Part shown: piece by piece, positions 1 to 11,188 of the stretch
Layout: each line of letters starts with the position of its first letter
Position numbering within the stretch: position 1 is the first letter of the stretch
Assembly: GCA_008690995.1 (NCBI GenBank)
Contig: VRMN01000008.1
Location: 186,001-250,000 of the forward strand
Direction: 5' to 3'
Length of the DNA stretch: 64,000 nucleotides
Source of the DNA: Porphyridium purpureum
Lineage: Eukaryota
Position numbers and translations under genes: made by a program
The notes under the pieces: model-generated
Told to the model about the DNA's origin: nothing
Databases searched by the model: none
Seen by the model: only the letters and a program-made list of their open reading frames with translations

Positions 1-213
1 TACGGCCTCGTAGCCGCCGCGCGTAGACTTTGCACTCGCATGAGCGTGATCAGAACTCTGCTCTGTACTGACCACTTCTTGACCTTGCTCTCCAGAAATT
101 CCACCATGCGTTTTCTCCAGGAGCTCCTCACGAACCTGACTTGCGGCTTCACTGCTGTTATGACAAGGCTGCAACGCATCCATTCTCGCATGCTCATTCT
201 CATTCTCTGCCAT
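1..213 (-). CDS. 5' end of an unknown protein running off the left edge (MAENENEHARMDALQP...)
   Basis: ATG at 213 followed by 71 stop-free codons to the window edge; divergent from the mutase across a GTACAG cluster. The true start could be in an upstream exon. Confidence 0.5.
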   Translation of the reverse strand, partial: MAENENEHARMDALQPCHNSSEAASQVREELLEKTHGGISGEQGQEVVSTEQSSDHAHASAKSTRGGYEAV

Positions 214-358
214 GACCCCTCGTGCTAAGTGTCCTTCGATCCCAGGATGCCACTCATGTTCTGTTTCCTGTGTCTGCGTGTCTCCTTCTGCCGTCTGTCG
301 ATGATCGGCTCCCGCCTTTCGCACACGCTCAGACAAAATGTCACAACCCTACGTATAA

Positions 359-411
359 GTACAGTTCGAGACTGTACTTTGAGGGGAAAGTACAGTTATG
401 GAGGTACAGTT
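359..411. promoter_or_regulatory. Cluster of 4 GTACAG/CTGTAC motifs in a divergent promoter
   Basis: GTACAGTT 359-366, CTGTAC 372-377, GTACAGTT 390-397 and 404-411; the same motif recurs at other divergent intergenic regions. Confidence 0.55.
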
Positions 412-549
412 GATGACCGATGACGTGATATGGCGCTGTAAGGCAAATGGCCACATGAGCGCGCGGACGGGAGATAAAGCGCGTGCTGAACATGTGTGCG
501 TGCGGGTGTGTGGGTTCTTGACAAGCGTGTGTGTCTGAATGCGGGCACC

Positions 550-2946
550 ATGGCGTCGCGTCTGAGATGCGCGGCCCGCTCTTGCAGCTGTGCGAGGCCG
601 TGGCTTTTCTCGCGCGGCGCGTTGGTCTCATCAAGTCTCTCGGGCTGGCGCCGATGCGCGTTCGAGTCGAGCCGGAAAAACACTCAAAGCCGGGAGCTGT
701 CGAGCGCGTTTGAGAGCGCAGAGGCGCAGTGGAGGTTCCAGGTCGAGAAGGAGCTCGCGCAGACCGGCGCGCCGAGTTCTCGTAGTACCTCGGTCGACGG
801 CATTTGTCTCAGGCCGGCTTACGGCGACGCTGCGTCTGCCGAAAGCGGTCAGTGGCCGGGTGTGCCTCCGTACAGACGCGGTCCGCACGCAAGCATGTAC
901 GCCTCGCGGCCATGGACAATTCGCCAGTATGCCGGCTTTGGCACAGCAGAAGAGTCGAACGCGTTCTTCAAACGCGCGTTGCAGGGCGGGCAGAAGGGGC
1001 TGTCGGTCGCGTTTGATCTCGCGACACATCGCGGGTATGACTCGGACCATCCACGAGTTCAAGGCGACGTTGGGATGGCTGGTGTGGCGGTAGATGTAGT
1101 AGACGATATGAAGCGGCTGTTTGACGGCATCAAGTTGGACGAGGTCTCGGTGTCAATGACCATGAATGGCGCCGTGCTTCCTGTGCTGGCATTCTTCATT
1201 GTGGCTGCCGAAGAAAGCGGCGTGGCCCGCAGCAAGCTGAGCGGAACGGTGCAAAATGATATTTTGAAGGAGTTCATGGTGCGAAACACGTTCATCTACC
1301 CGCCGGAACCCTCGCTGCGCATCACTGGCGACATCATGGCATTCTGCACACGCGAAATGCCCAAGTTTAATACTATCAGCATTTCCGGATACCATATGCA
1401 GGAGGCTGGCGCAGACCCGTGCCTGGAATTGGCATTTACTCTTGCTGATGGCCTTGAGTATATCCGTGTGGCACGCAGTGCCGGCCTGACCGTGGACCAG
1501 TGTGCGCCGCGCCTCAGCTTCTTCTTCGGGATCGGAATGGACTTTTATGTGGAAATTGCCAAGCTCCGGGCTGCGCGCGAGCTGTGGTACACGCTTCTCA
1601 AGGAGAAGTACGGCAGCGAAATCAACAACCCGAAGTCGTATGTGCTGCGAACGCACTGTCAAACGAGTGGCTACTCGTTGACCGAGAAGGAGCCATACAA
1701 TAACGCGGTGCGTACGACAATCGAGGCGATGGCAGCTGTGTTTGGCGGCACCCAGTCGCTGCACACCAATGCGCTGGATGAGGCTATTGCGCTTCCGAGC
1801 GAATTCGCTGCCAGGCTTGCGCGGAACACGCAACTCATTCTGCAAGAAGAAACAGGCATTTGTGCTGTGGCTGACCCGTTCGGCGGCAGCTACATGATGG
1901 AAGCGCTGACCAGCGAACTGATGCTCAAGGCACGTTCTGTAATTGATCAAGTGGAGCGCGCGGGCGGAATGGCCAAGTGCGTTGCTGATGGGTGGCCCAA
2001 GCAGCGCATTGAGGACGCCGCAGCACGAAAGCAGGCGCGTATCGATTCGGGTCAGCACGTCATTGTCGGCGTGAACAAATTTATTGCCGAACAGCAGTCT
2101 GCACAGAGCAGTGGCAACGGCGGCCAGGGCGGAGACGAAAGAATTGACGTGCGCTCGCTCGATTCGGTGGGAATCAGACAAACTCAGCTTGACCAGCTCA
2201 AGAGAGTGAAATTCAGCCGCAACGCAGAGGCCGCGCAACGCGCGCTCCAGCTTATTGTTCAAGCGGCCAAGTTCCGGAACGGCGTGGATTCTGTGAAAGA
2301 AGGCGAATCGGATGCTGCAAGCAAGAACCTTTTGGACTGCTGCGTGGTTGCGGCGCGCGCGAGATGCACGCTTGGCGAGATTTCATCGGCGCTCGAAAGT
2401 GTGTATGGTCGCTACCAGCCGCAAGTATCCGTCGCGACAGGCGTATACCGGGACAATTTTACAGGCGAAGAGCCAGGTGCGAGCTCCGAGTTTCGGGAAG
2501 CTGTGAGGGCTGTGCAAACATTCTCTGAATTGGCCGGGCGTCGGCCACGCATTCTGATTGCCAAAGTTGGGCAGGATGGGCACGATCGCGGTGCCAAGGT
2601 CGTCGCCAGCGGCTTTGCTGATCTTGGCTTTGATGTTGACGTGGGTCCGCTGTTTCAGACGCCTGCTGAGGTTGTCAAAATGGCAGTGGAAGCAGATGTG
2701 CACGTGATAGGTGTCTCAAGTCTTGCCGCAGGCCACCGGACACTGGTACCGGCAGTCATGGAGGAACTTGAACGCGCGGAGGCACAAGATATTCTAGTCA
2801 TTGTGGGCGGAGTCGTGCCGAGCTCGGACCATGAATTTCTGCGCAAGCTCGGCGTTCCACTCGTCTTCGGCCCCAATACCAGACTCCCATATGCTGTCGT
2901 TGAGCTGATTCGCGTTCTCTCTGAGCGATTACGACTTTCCACATAG
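550..2946 (+). CDS. MMUT: Methylmalonyl-CoA mutase (adenosylcobalamin-dependent), probably mitochondrial
   Basis: [40 protein letters not shown] and B12-binding GQDGHDRG (DxHxxG); R/S-rich presequence; first ATG at 550. Confidence 0.97.
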   Translation: MASRLRCAARSCSCARPWLFSRGALVSSSLSGWRRCAFESSRKNTQSRELSSAFESAEAQWRFQVEKELAQTGAPSSRSTSVDGICLRPAYGDAASAESGQWPGVPPYRRGPHASMYASRPWTIRQYAGFGTAEESNAFFKRALQGGQKGLSVAFDLATHRGYDSDHPRVQGDVGMAGVAVDVVDDMKRLFDGIKLDEVSVSMTMNGAVLPVLAFFIVAAEESGVARSKLSGTVQNDILKEFMVRNTFIYPPEPSLRITGDIMAFCTREMPKFNTISISGYHMQEAGADPCLELAFTLADGLEYIRVARSAGLTVDQCAPRLSFFFGIGMDFYVEIAKLRAARELWYTLLKEKYGSEINNPKSYVLRTHCQTSGYSLTEKEPYNNAVRTTIEAMAAVFGGTQSLHTNALDEAIALPSEFAARLARNTQLILQEETGICAVADPFGGSYMMEALTSELMLKARSVIDQVERAGGMAKCVADGWPKQRIEDAAARKQARIDSGQHVIVGVNKFIAEQQSAQSSGNGGQGGDERIDVRSLDSVGIRQTQLDQLKRVKFSRNAEAAQRALQLIVQAAKFRNGVDSVKEGESDAASKNLLDCCVVAARARCTLGEISSALESVYGRYQPQVSVATGVYRDNFTGEEPGASSEFREAVRAVQTFSELAGRRPRILIAKVGQDGHDRGAKVVASGFADLGFDVDVGPLFQTPAEVVKMAVEADVHVIGVSSLAAGHRTLVPAVMEELERAEAQDILVIVGGVVPSSDHEFLRKLGVPLVFGPNTRLPYAVVELIRVLSERLRLST

Positions 2947-2957
2947 ACCGCACGTAA

Positions 2958-3359
2958 ATGGCAACAAATCATACCAGCACCTACGCCCGGCCCGCTCCAT
3001 TTGATCTGTCCTTAGTTCCGGTATCGTAAGTCTTGTGTCGATCGTGGCGTGCAAGACACTGTTCGAGCAAGTGGTTTGAGGGCTTGGATTAACCAGGATA
3101 GAGAAAGTGTCCACCTTGCGACCTGCGGCATCTGCGTTCTCGGCCACAGAGAATGCCAGACCCACCGCAGAAATCGGAGGGCGTTGCACCAGTTACGAAT
3201 GGGCAGGAAGTATGCAGAACTTGCAACACGCACCGTGTCGAGTACATGGTGCTGCCGTGTCAGCACAAGTACCTGTGCAAGTCATGCGCGATGAAGTGCG
3301 CCACGGGCGGCAAGTGCAAGGTCTGCCATGAACTTTTCACGGAACTGCGGCGCATTTAA
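2958..3359 (+). CDS. Small C3HC4-type RING finger protein; possible intron 3021-3101 (alternative start ATG 3153)
   Basis: CRTC...PCQHKYLCKSC...CKVC RING pattern in ORF 3153-3359. ATG 2958 is in the same frame, and removing GT...TAG 3021-3101 removes all intervening stops. The 5' exon is uncertain. Confidence 0.6.
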
Positions 3360-3793
3360 GGCGCCCTCGGCGATCCGCCGTTCTGCCCAGGACGCTAGGG
3401 CGTATTGTCTAGTGAGAAGGAAGGGGTGGGCGAGTGACGCAAACGAGATTTCTTTTCTTTCCACACGCACAGTTTGACAGGCCAGAAGATCCTTTAATCG
3501 GCGAGTGCCGAATTTGACACTCGCGGAGTGCGTCCAGGGTCTAGATGCACGCGGCTACCCAACTGCGGAAGGATGCAGGGGCTCTGGGAGAGAACGCGCG
3601 CGGGAGGCGACACAGACACACAAGGATGCGCAAGCTGCTGCCGCCAACCACATGGTAAACAGATTGGATACTTCATAGTAAAAGAGACTAATTATATTGT
3701 AAATTTGGGTTCATGGGTTAGCACAAGCTGGCGATGTGCTCGCGTGTGGAAGAAGAGAACGAGGTCGAAGGGGGAAGTTTGGCAGGTTTCGAC

Positions 3794-6679
3794 ATGTTTG
3801 CGTTCAACACATCTTCTGTGGGCGCGGCAGTAGCCGCTGCCGGGGCACTTGCTCACAAGAGCACCCGGGTCTGTGGGTTGCGTGCACTCGGTGCGCGCTA
3901 TATTCCGCAGCACGTGTCGCGCGGCGTGCAGAGGAGGTCGCTGTTTCGAATGATGAGTGCGGAGGCGGCGACGGCCACTCTGGAAACGCAGAAGGCAATG
4001 CCAGCCGTCAAGCTTCTTGCTGATTACACTCCTCCTCCTGTTATGGTGGACAATATCGATATGGAAGTGCAGCTTCATGAGACGAAGACTGTGGTGACTT
4101 CGGTTCTGACGTGCCGGGCCAGGCCGGGTGTTAGCGTGCTGGAGCTCGACATGGATTCTTCGATGGTCATCAACACAGGCTCTGGGATTTCTATCAATGG
4201 GGCCCCTGCGGCAGATGTGTCTGTATCTGCCGAGAACTCCAAGTTGTGCATTCCAATCCCAGGGGACGTATCGAGTGCTGGAGCGTCCTTCCAGGTCCAG
4301 ACCAAAGTGGTCGTGAATCCAGAAGCGAACAAGGCACTAGAGGGATTGTACATGTCGGGTGGCAACTTTTGTACGCAGTGCGAAGCAGAAGGCTTCCGAA
4401 AGATCACCCCGTTCCCAGACAGACCCGACGTGATGAGCACATACTCGACCGTGATCATCGCGGACAAGGAAAAGTACCCGGTACTTCTGGGGAACGGTAA
4501 TCTCGTCGAAAGTGGCGCTTGCGAAAATGATACGACAAGGCATTTTGCCAAGTATGTCGATCCCTGGCCAAAGCCGTGCTATCTGTTCGCTCTTGTAGCG
4601 GGGAAACTGGTATATTTGAAGGATTTCTTCACCACCATGTCGGGCCGCAAGGTAGCGCTTCGCATCTATGTGCGCGACGGTGATATTCCCAAATGCAAAC
4701 ACGCCATGGAAAGTCTGAAGCGCTCGATGACCTGGGACGAAGAGAAATATGGGCGCGAGTACGACCTCGATATTTTCAATGTGGTCGCTGTCGCGGACTT
4801 TAACATGGGCGCCATGGAGAACAAGAGCTTGAACATTTTCAATTCCAAGTATGTGCTCGCGAGCACTGAAACCGCGACCGATGCTGACTTTATTTCGATC
4901 GAGGGGATCATTGGACACGAGTACTTCCACAACTGGACTGGCAACCGAGTGACGTGCCGAGATTGGTTCCAACTGACCCTTAAAGAAGGCTTGACTGTAT
5001 TCCGCGACCAAGAATTCTCGGCCGATATGGGATCGCGAGCGGTTACGCGCATTGGCAATGTGATGCGTCTGCGAAGCGCTCAGTTCCCGCAGGACGCCGG
5101 ACCGATGGCGCACCCAACGCGACCTGAGTCTTACATTGAAATCAACAACTTCTACACAGCCACTGTGTATCAGAAGGGTGCCGAGGTGATTCGCATGTTG
5201 TATACGATCCTAGGCCCGGACGGTTTCCGGCGCGGAACGGATCGATATTTCGAGCTGTTCGATGGGCAAGCCGTTACATGCGAGGACTGGATTCGAGCTC
5301 TTGCGGAAGCGAATCCTGATAAGGACTTGGAGCAATTCAAGCTCTGGTACAGCCAGGCAGGTACGCCCAAGGTTAAGGCAGTCGTCACCGAGGGCGGTGC
5401 TGGGAGCAACACGATGACGGTGCATTTTGAGCAGACCATTCCGCCAACGCCCGGCCAGGCGGAAAAATTGCCGATGCATATTCCCATCGCAATGGGGGTT
5501 TTGGGGCCTGATGGAAAGCCCGTAGCCTTCCGCGTGGGATCCGCGGACGGCGAGCCAGTGATGGAAACCGTTCTGGATCTCAAAGCCAAGCAGCAGACCC
5601 TCGTGCTGTACGACGTCCCTAGCGGGTCAGTCGCGTCGCTGCTCCGTGGCTTCTCAGCACCCGTTGACCTCGAGTATGTGGGCATCACCACATCCCAGCT
5701 GTGCTTCATCATGGCGCACGATACAGACTCATTCAACACGTACGAAGCTTCGCAGCAACTCTTGACACAGGCCATCTTGGAAAATGTGAAACGAGCACAA
5801 GCTGGTGAGTCCATGGTGGAGCTGGATGAACAAATCGTGGATGCCATGAAGCTGAATCTTGCGGATTCTTCGTTGGACCCTATGCTACGTGCTTATGTGC
5901 TGAGCGTACCTTCGGAGGGGACGCTTTTTGAAAAGGTTGAGCTCGCGGACCCCATTGCCACCTATAGAGCTCGCAAGTTTGTCAAGGAACAGCTGGCGTC
6001 TCGCCTGGAAAGCACTCTGAGAAAGGTGATGGCAGATTTAGAACCCAAGTTGGGTGGCGAGTACTCACTCGACCCGACCGCAATGGGTAATCGCGCCTTG
6101 TTTAATGCGTCACTCGAGCTCGTAGCCACGATGAATGCGCAAGAGGACCTGCAGCTGTGTCTGCGCCGTGTTGAGAACGCGACAAACATGACGGATGCGC
6201 TGGCTGCGCTTTCAATTCTGGCACGCAAAGATTGCGAGGAAAGCACGGTTGCAGTTTCTCTGTTTTACAAGAAATGGTCGCATGATTATTTGGTCGTAGA
6301 TAAGTGGTTGCGCATCCAGGCAACCTCAGCAGGAGCCAACGCTCTGGATGTGGTCAAGCAGCTTGTGAGTCACCCAGCATTCGACATTTCTAACCCGAAC
6401 AACGTGTACGCCGTGCTAGGTGGCTTCGCGATGGGTAACCCGTATGGATGGCACGCCGCTGAACCCAAGGGTGCTGCGTACCAGTTTATCGCCGAGCAAG
6501 TGGTCCGCATTGACAAAATGAACCCGCAGGTAGCTTCGCGCATTGTCAGTTGCTTTACACGTTGGCGAAAATTCACAGAGCCGTACCAGAGCCTCATGAA
6601 GGCGCAGCTTGAGTTCATTCGTTCCAGCCCGGGCATCTCCAACGACGTTTATGAGATTGTTGAAAAGTCGCTGGCTTGA
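3794..6679 (+). CDS. M1 family aminopeptidase N (PepN-like) with probable organelle transit peptide
   Basis: GAMEN and HEYFH-x18-E zinc motifs, NFYTATVYQKGAE, C-terminal NPQVASRI. Start at MFAFNTSS (3794) preferred; an in-frame ATG at 3734 is also possible. Confidence 0.95.
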   Translation: MFAFNTSSVGAAVAAAGALAHKSTRVCGLRALGARYIPQHVSRGVQRRSLFRMMSAEAATATLETQKAMPAVKLLADYTPPPVMVDNIDMEVQLHETKTVVTSVLTCRARPGVSVLELDMDSSMVINTGSGISINGAPAADVSVSAENSKLCIPIPGDVSSAGASFQVQTKVVVNPEANKALEGLYMSGGNFCTQCEAEGFRKITPFPDRPDVMSTYSTVIIADKEKYPVLLGNGNLVESGACENDTTRHFAKYVDPWPKPCYLFALVAGKLVYLKDFFTTMSGRKVALRIYVRDGDIPKCKHAMESLKRSMTWDEEKYGREYDLDIFNVVAVADFNMGAMENKSLNIFNSKYVLASTETATDADFISIEGIIGHEYFHNWTGNRVTCRDWFQLTLKEGLTVFRDQEFSADMGSRAVTRIGNVMRLRSAQFPQDAGPMAHPTRPESYIEINNFYTATVYQKGAEVIRMLYTILGPDGFRRGTDRYFELFDGQAVTCEDWIRALAEANPDKDLEQFKLWYSQAGTPKVKAVVTEGGAGSNTMTVHFEQTIPPTPGQAEKLPMHIPIAMGVLGPDGKPVAFRVGSADGEPVMETVLDLKAKQQTLVLYDVPSGSVASLLRGFSAPVDLEYVGITTSQLCFIMAHDTDSFNTYEASQQLLTQAILENVKRAQAGESMVELDEQIVDAMKLNLADSSLDPMLRAYVLSVPSEGTLFEKVELADPIATYRARKFVKEQLASRLESTLRKVMADLEPKLGGEYSLDPTAMGNRALFNASLELVATMNAQEDLQLCLRRVENATNMTDALAALSILARKDCEESTVAVSLFYKKWSHDYLVVDKWLRIQATSAGANALDVVKQLVSHPAFDISNPNNVYAVLGGFAMGNPYGWHAAEPKGAAYQFIAEQVVRIDKMNPQVASRIVSCFTRWRKFTEPYQSLMKAQLEFIRSSPGISNDVYEIVEKSLA

Positions 6680-6943
6680 CCGAACGGCTGACTGATTAGC
6701 ATGAGACAGAATTGAAGAATGACAGTCATAGACTTCACGCTCGTGCCAGCTATCTGCGTCGATAGTGATTGTAGGTGAATATCACGACATTAATCTCTCA
6801 GTAAAGTCAGCGAAGACTATGCGTTTCGATTTGGGACTCGGCAGACGCTCAAGACGTCGACTCGCACGGCAAAGTGTTATCTTGAATGGACTTGATGCAC
6901 ACGACCTGGTGCCGGCGAAAGATTCTCTTCAATTGTGGATGCG

Positions 6944-8512
6944 ATGACTACTTTTCAAGGATGCGGTTTCATTGCCTCCGCGTCGAGCCTAAAACTTCCC
7001 ACACGAGCTGGTGCGGTGCACCGCTGCACGTGGAGCGAACATGCCGCTGATCAACGGCCCCGTGGTTGCAGGCGCGCCAAGCGCACAGCGCAATTCAGAA
7101 TGTCAGCGGAGGGTCGCGACGGGACTTCCGCATTGGTGATTGGACTGGATTTCGGTACGTCATCTGCCAAGGGCTGCGTGATACGTGCAAAGTCTCAGGG
7201 TGCAGAGGAGCGGCTTGTGTTTAGTTGCGAAGCGGTGACATATGAAGGGCAGACGCAGAGTGTTGAATCGTGGACGGACGCTCTGTATGCGCTGCTGATC
7301 CAGATCCCAGAAGCACTGCGCCGACGTGCGGTGCGTATCTCGCTCGACGCCACATCTGCCACCTCGATATGTTTGAACACAGCTCAAGTGCTCATGTACG
7401 ACCAAGGCGTTGGACGAGAAGTGGTTGAGCTTCTGAAGAAATATGCGCCAGCGGAGAGCTGTGTACTTTCAGGCTCATCGTCTCTTGCCAAGCTTGTATT
7501 TTGGTTGCTGGAATCTCCCCCGGCGGGCTCGGCGCTCAGGTTCTGCCACCAAGCTGACTTTCTTTTGCGCGCTCTTGTGGGATCTCCTGTCGAAGTCGAT
7601 GGCGCGTCACACCTTATCCGATACTTGAGGGAGCATGCGGCATTCACATCCGACTGGAACAATGCGTTAAAGTTGGGATATGACCCAGAAGCCGACGAGT
7701 ATCCTGCGTGGCTGATTGAAGGTCTGCTGAATGGCGATCCGAGTCTGAAGGACAAGCCTATTCCCGAACTTCCAAAAGTTGTTCGGCCTGGGGCTGTTTT
7801 GGGATCCGTGGGGTTTCCTTTCAATGCGCTGCTGCCTCCTGATTGTCAAGTGTGCGCAGGCACGACAGACTCAATTGCAGCATTTCTGGCGTCTGGCTGC
7901 TGCCAGCTTGGTGACGCATGCACGTCTTTAGGCTCTACGCTTGCTATCAAAATGCTCAGTCAGCGCCGTGTCGAAAGCGTGCAGCACGGAATCTACTCGC
8001 ACCGCTTTCCAACCTCGGGGTCAGCTTCCGATAGGCTGTGGCTTGTTGGCGGTGCTTCGAATTGCGGATGCCGTGTGCTGCGCGACCTCAAGTTTACAGT
8101 GGAGGAGCTGCGCGCCCTGAGTGAGGAAATTGATCCGCAGTCCCCGACTGGCTTCCACTTTTACCCGCTTCCACTGAATGCGACGAATGGTGAGCGATTT
8201 CCAGATGCGGACCCGCAGAAGATCAGCACCGTAGATCCGTCTGTTCGCCCACGCTCAAAATTGTTGCATGCGGTGTTTGAATCCATCGCGCGCGTGGAGC
8301 TCAGCGCATATGAAAAACTTTATGAGCTAGGCGCCGAGTGTAAGCAGCCACTTCGCCTGTTCAGTGCGGGAGGCGGTTCGGAAAATGGCACATGGTCTCG
8401 GATGCGTTCCACACTTATTTATGGCGTACCTGAAGCGCCGCAGATGTGTGCGGCTGAATCCTCCGAAGCTTGCTACGGTGCTGCTTTGCTCGCGGCTGAC
8501 TTTACGGAATAA
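6944..8512 (+). CDS. FGGY carbohydrate kinase (plastid D-ribulose/xylulose kinase-like)
   Basis: IGLDFGTSSAK, SDWNNALKLGYD, GTTDSIAAFLA, TSLGSTLAIK, WLVGGASNCG, GERFP; transit-peptide-like N-terminus. Confidence 0.9.
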   Translation: MTTFQGCGFIASASSLKLPTRAGAVHRCTWSEHAADQRPRGCRRAKRTAQFRMSAEGRDGTSALVIGLDFGTSSAKGCVIRAKSQGAEERLVFSCEAVTYEGQTQSVESWTDALYALLIQIPEALRRRAVRISLDATSATSICLNTAQVLMYDQGVGREVVELLKKYAPAESCVLSGSSSLAKLVFWLLESPPAGSALRFCHQADFLLRALVGSPVEVDGASHLIRYLREHAAFTSDWNNALKLGYDPEADEYPAWLIEGLLNGDPSLKDKPIPELPKVVRPGAVLGSVGFPFNALLPPDCQVCAGTTDSIAAFLASGCCQLGDACTSLGSTLAIKMLSQRRVESVQHGIYSHRFPTSGSASDRLWLVGGASNCGCRVLRDLKFTVEELRALSEEIDPQSPTGFHFYPLPLNATNGERFPDADPQKISTVDPSVRPRSKLLHAVFESIARVELSAYEKLYELGAECKQPLRLFSAGGGSENGTWSRMRSTLIYGVPEAPQMCAAESSEACYGAALLAADFTE

Positions 8513-8563
8513 AAAAAAAAAAAAAAAGTTGACGGGAAAGATTAGCGAAAAGAAAAAAAAAAA
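8511..8563 (+). repeat. Poly(A) run (17 A) overlapping the kinase stop codon, plus a second A-rich tract
   Basis: TAA stop at 8510-8512 continues as A through 8527; a second A run lies near 8547-8563. Confidence 0.9.
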
Positions 8564-8829
8564 CAAAGAATGAAAGAGAGAGCAAAGACAGGTACGTCAA
8601 GCGAAATGCATCTCCGGTGATCTTTGCGTCGTGAAGCTTCTACCGTGCAAGAGGTGCGCCTTTGGTACGTTTTCAGTCGACAGTCAAAAGGCCGTCATGA
8701 TGATGTCTTTCCATCAGCCATTATCGCGTGAACGCGTGCATCTGCTCGCTCAACGCTCACGAGCGTTTCACCCTCTTTCGACTTTTCCCGGCCCATCCTT
8801 CTTTCAGAAATCGCATTTTACTTTCGCTA

Positions 8830-10995
8830 TTATTCCAACTCCAGGACCTTGATTATTCCTGCGCTGTTTGCAGCAAGCAGCATGTTGGGGCGATTCGGAC
8901 ACCAACACACAGAAGACACAAATTGGTTGCCGACGTCTTCTACTTCCTCGCCTGTGATGGGATTCATCGAGCCAAACTTGTATGCCAGCAGCGGCTTGGA
9001 CACCGACTTGTAGTAAGTATATACACAGTTGTCCTCGCTGCCGCAGCTGATGTAGTTATTATGTACCGACAGACCTACAAAATTCTTGTCGTTCTTATGT
9101 CCTTGGAATGACGACTCCAGTCCTCCGCCGGGCTTTGCGCTCCACAACTTTAAAAAGGAGTCTGTGCTCGCAGATACGATTTCTGTGCCGGACAGAAATT
9201 TGACGTACGAGACTGCCTTCGAGTGGCCGCGAAACACCGACAACGCGTCACGCGGATAGCGCAGATCGTAATAATGGACATTATGATCCGCAGACCCAAA
9301 AGCAATGTGATGCGCCGAGTCCGGATTAAACTTGACACAGCACACGTTTGCCCGGTTCTCGATGGTCGTCGCCGAATTGAGTTGCGTCGTTGACCAGATC
9401 TTTACCCGGCCGTCATCCGAAGCCGAGGCAAACAGAGTTGGATTCACGGACGAGAAGTCGACGCACCACGCGCGCTTCTCATGCTCCTCAAACTCGGCAA
9501 TCACACGGCAGCTGTGCGTGTCCCAAAGCGTCACGACGCCTTCGTAGTCCGAGCTGATTAAATGGCTCCGGATGTACGAATTCCACGCCAGACAGCTCAG
9601 CTTTGCGCGCGTTACCATTTCGCGCACAGGGTAGTGAATTTCGACGCGCGAGTTAAGCATGTTGCCCAACTCAAAAATTTTGATCCGCTTCATCACGCCT
9701 GCGGTCGCAATGAGCTCAGAGTCACGATCAAACTCTATACTGCTCACGATATTGTTCGTACCGTAAAGGTCGCCCGTGCCTGAGCTTCCTTCAAAGTGCC
9801 TTGCGCCATGTTTGAGCGTCGCAATGCATTTGTAGGTAGAGTACTTTGTGAAACTTGCCAAATCATCTGCAAACATGTCCAGCGCGTGTTGTCGATCACG
9901 CGGCGCCGTTGCGTTGACGCGAGTGAGGTACCGTTCCTCAAGCTGGTTGAAACCGTCGTCAATCCTTTTCTTCTTCATGTAGAATTGCGGGTCATTCAAG
10001 CTTTTCTCAATGGACTCCTGCAGCGAGAGCGACGGCGAGGAGCCATCCCGGTGCCGAATGGTTTCGATGTCACTCACGAGACTGTTGCACTGTTGCTGCA
10101 GTCGCGCTATTTCCGCTTCCTTTTCTCTGCGCGCGCGGTCAAGGAACTGTAGTACAAGCATGTCTTGCAAGCCACGCTCGTTATTCTCGAGCTCCTGCTG
10201 CTTCTGTTGCAACAGACCGATAAGTTCCGAGATTTTCGACGCGCTAAGACCTTGTGTATCAATGACCATATTCCCTATCGAAAGGCCGCCACTTGGCTTC
10301 CCGTTCGTGCTACCCCTGCCGCCGCCTCTGCGGTCTGCGTTGGCCGCCTCCATCGCGGCACCATTCCCTGAAGGTTCAAAGCAGGGCGGCGTGGGCGGCC
10401 GTGACGTATTTGACGCGAATCCTTGTTGCCGCGGACTTGACGGAAGTCCCGGTCCTGAAAGCGCGGACCTTACCCCGCCTCCGCCTCGATTTGATGCCGC
10501 CAACTGATGTTGCTGAAGCTGGGCGTGAGAATACTGTTCGTGTCTAGCGAGTCCGTTCGTAGCCGAGTGATTTGGTGTTCCCACGACTCCATAATCCGGC
10601 TGAATCATTTCGGCCGTCAAGTAGGCGCGACAGGACGGGCAATTCTTGCGCGCTTGCAAGTGGCGGCTAATACACTCAAAGCAAAAGGTGTGCGCGCAGT
10701 CGGTGACGAACGGCTCCTTCGGCGGGTTAAAACATATCGGGCACGCGCGAACTGTGCGCTTTGCAGCGTGCTGCAAGCTGGTGCTGCGCTGCGCGTGCCT
10801 ACTTCTGTCGTGGGTCGCCGGCGGCGTGCCATTCATGACTGCGCTGCTCTGACTCCCCTGCTGCAGCTGCGCGGCATCGCGCTCGGGACTGCCGCTGAGC
10901 GAGCCCGCGGCGACTCTCTTCATGCCGGCGCCACCACCATGCGTAGCGCCGCGCGACCCCGCCGAGCCCGCACTGCTCGAGTCCTCTCTCGGCAT
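8830..10995 (-). CDS. COP1: E3 ubiquitin ligase COP1 (RING, coiled coil, WD40)
   Basis: CPIC..CAHTFCFECI RING; NIVSSIEFDRD, FEEHEKRAW, ANVCCVKFNP, GHSKAVSYVKF, KNFVGLS, LLAANSAG. Start could be 11070, 10995 or 10923. Confidence 0.96.
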   Translation of the reverse strand: MPREDSSSAGSAGSRGATHGGGAGMKRVAAGSLSGSPERDAAQLQQGSQSSAVMNGTPPATHDRSRHAQRSTSLQHAAKRTVRACPICFNPPKEPFVTDCAHTFCFECISRHLQARKNCPSCRAYLTAEMIQPDYGVVGTPNHSATNGLARHEQYSHAQLQQHQLAASNRGGGGVRSALSGPGLPSSPRQQGFASNTSRPPTPPCFEPSGNGAAMEAANADRRGGGRGSTNGKPSGGLSIGNMVIDTQGLSASKISELIGLLQQKQQELENNERGLQDMLVLQFLDRARREKEAEIARLQQQCNSLVSDIETIRHRDGSSPSLSLQESIEKSLNDPQFYMKKKRIDDGFNQLEERYLTRVNATAPRDRQHALDMFADDLASFTKYSTYKCIATLKHGARHFEGSSGTGDLYGTNNIVSSIEFDRDSELIATAGVMKRIKIFELGNMLNSRVEIHYPVREMVTRAKLSCLAWNSYIRSHLISSDYEGVVTLWDTHSCRVIAEFEEHEKRAWCVDFSSVNPTLFASASDDGRVKIWSTTQLNSATTIENRANVCCVKFNPDSAHHIAFGSADHNVHYYDLRYPRDALSVFRGHSKAVSYVKFLSGTEIVSASTDSFLKLWSAKPGGGLESSFQGHKNDKNFVGLSVHNNYISCGSEDNCVYTYYKSVSKPLLAYKFGSMNPITGEEVEDVGNQFVSSVCWCPNRPNMLLAANSAGIIKVLELE

Positions 10996-11188
10996 GAAGC
11001 ACGAACCAACAACCCACCACCACCCTTCTTCTCCATTCCTCCTCTCCTCATCATCCTCTTCACCCTGCACTAAATGAACATTAACAAAATAAGATCAAAA
11101 CCAATACAAAAACGCCCGGCCTGCCGCTTGGCTCGCGTCCGCGCACTTAAAAAATGGAAGAACCAAACGTGAAAAAAAGGGAAATTGA

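Noticed and set aside
550..8512. Bacterial-like enzymes (mutase, PepN, FGGY kinase) as an HGT island or contamination
   Set aside because: All carry eukaryotic targeting extensions, match neighbouring composition, and belong to families known in algae.
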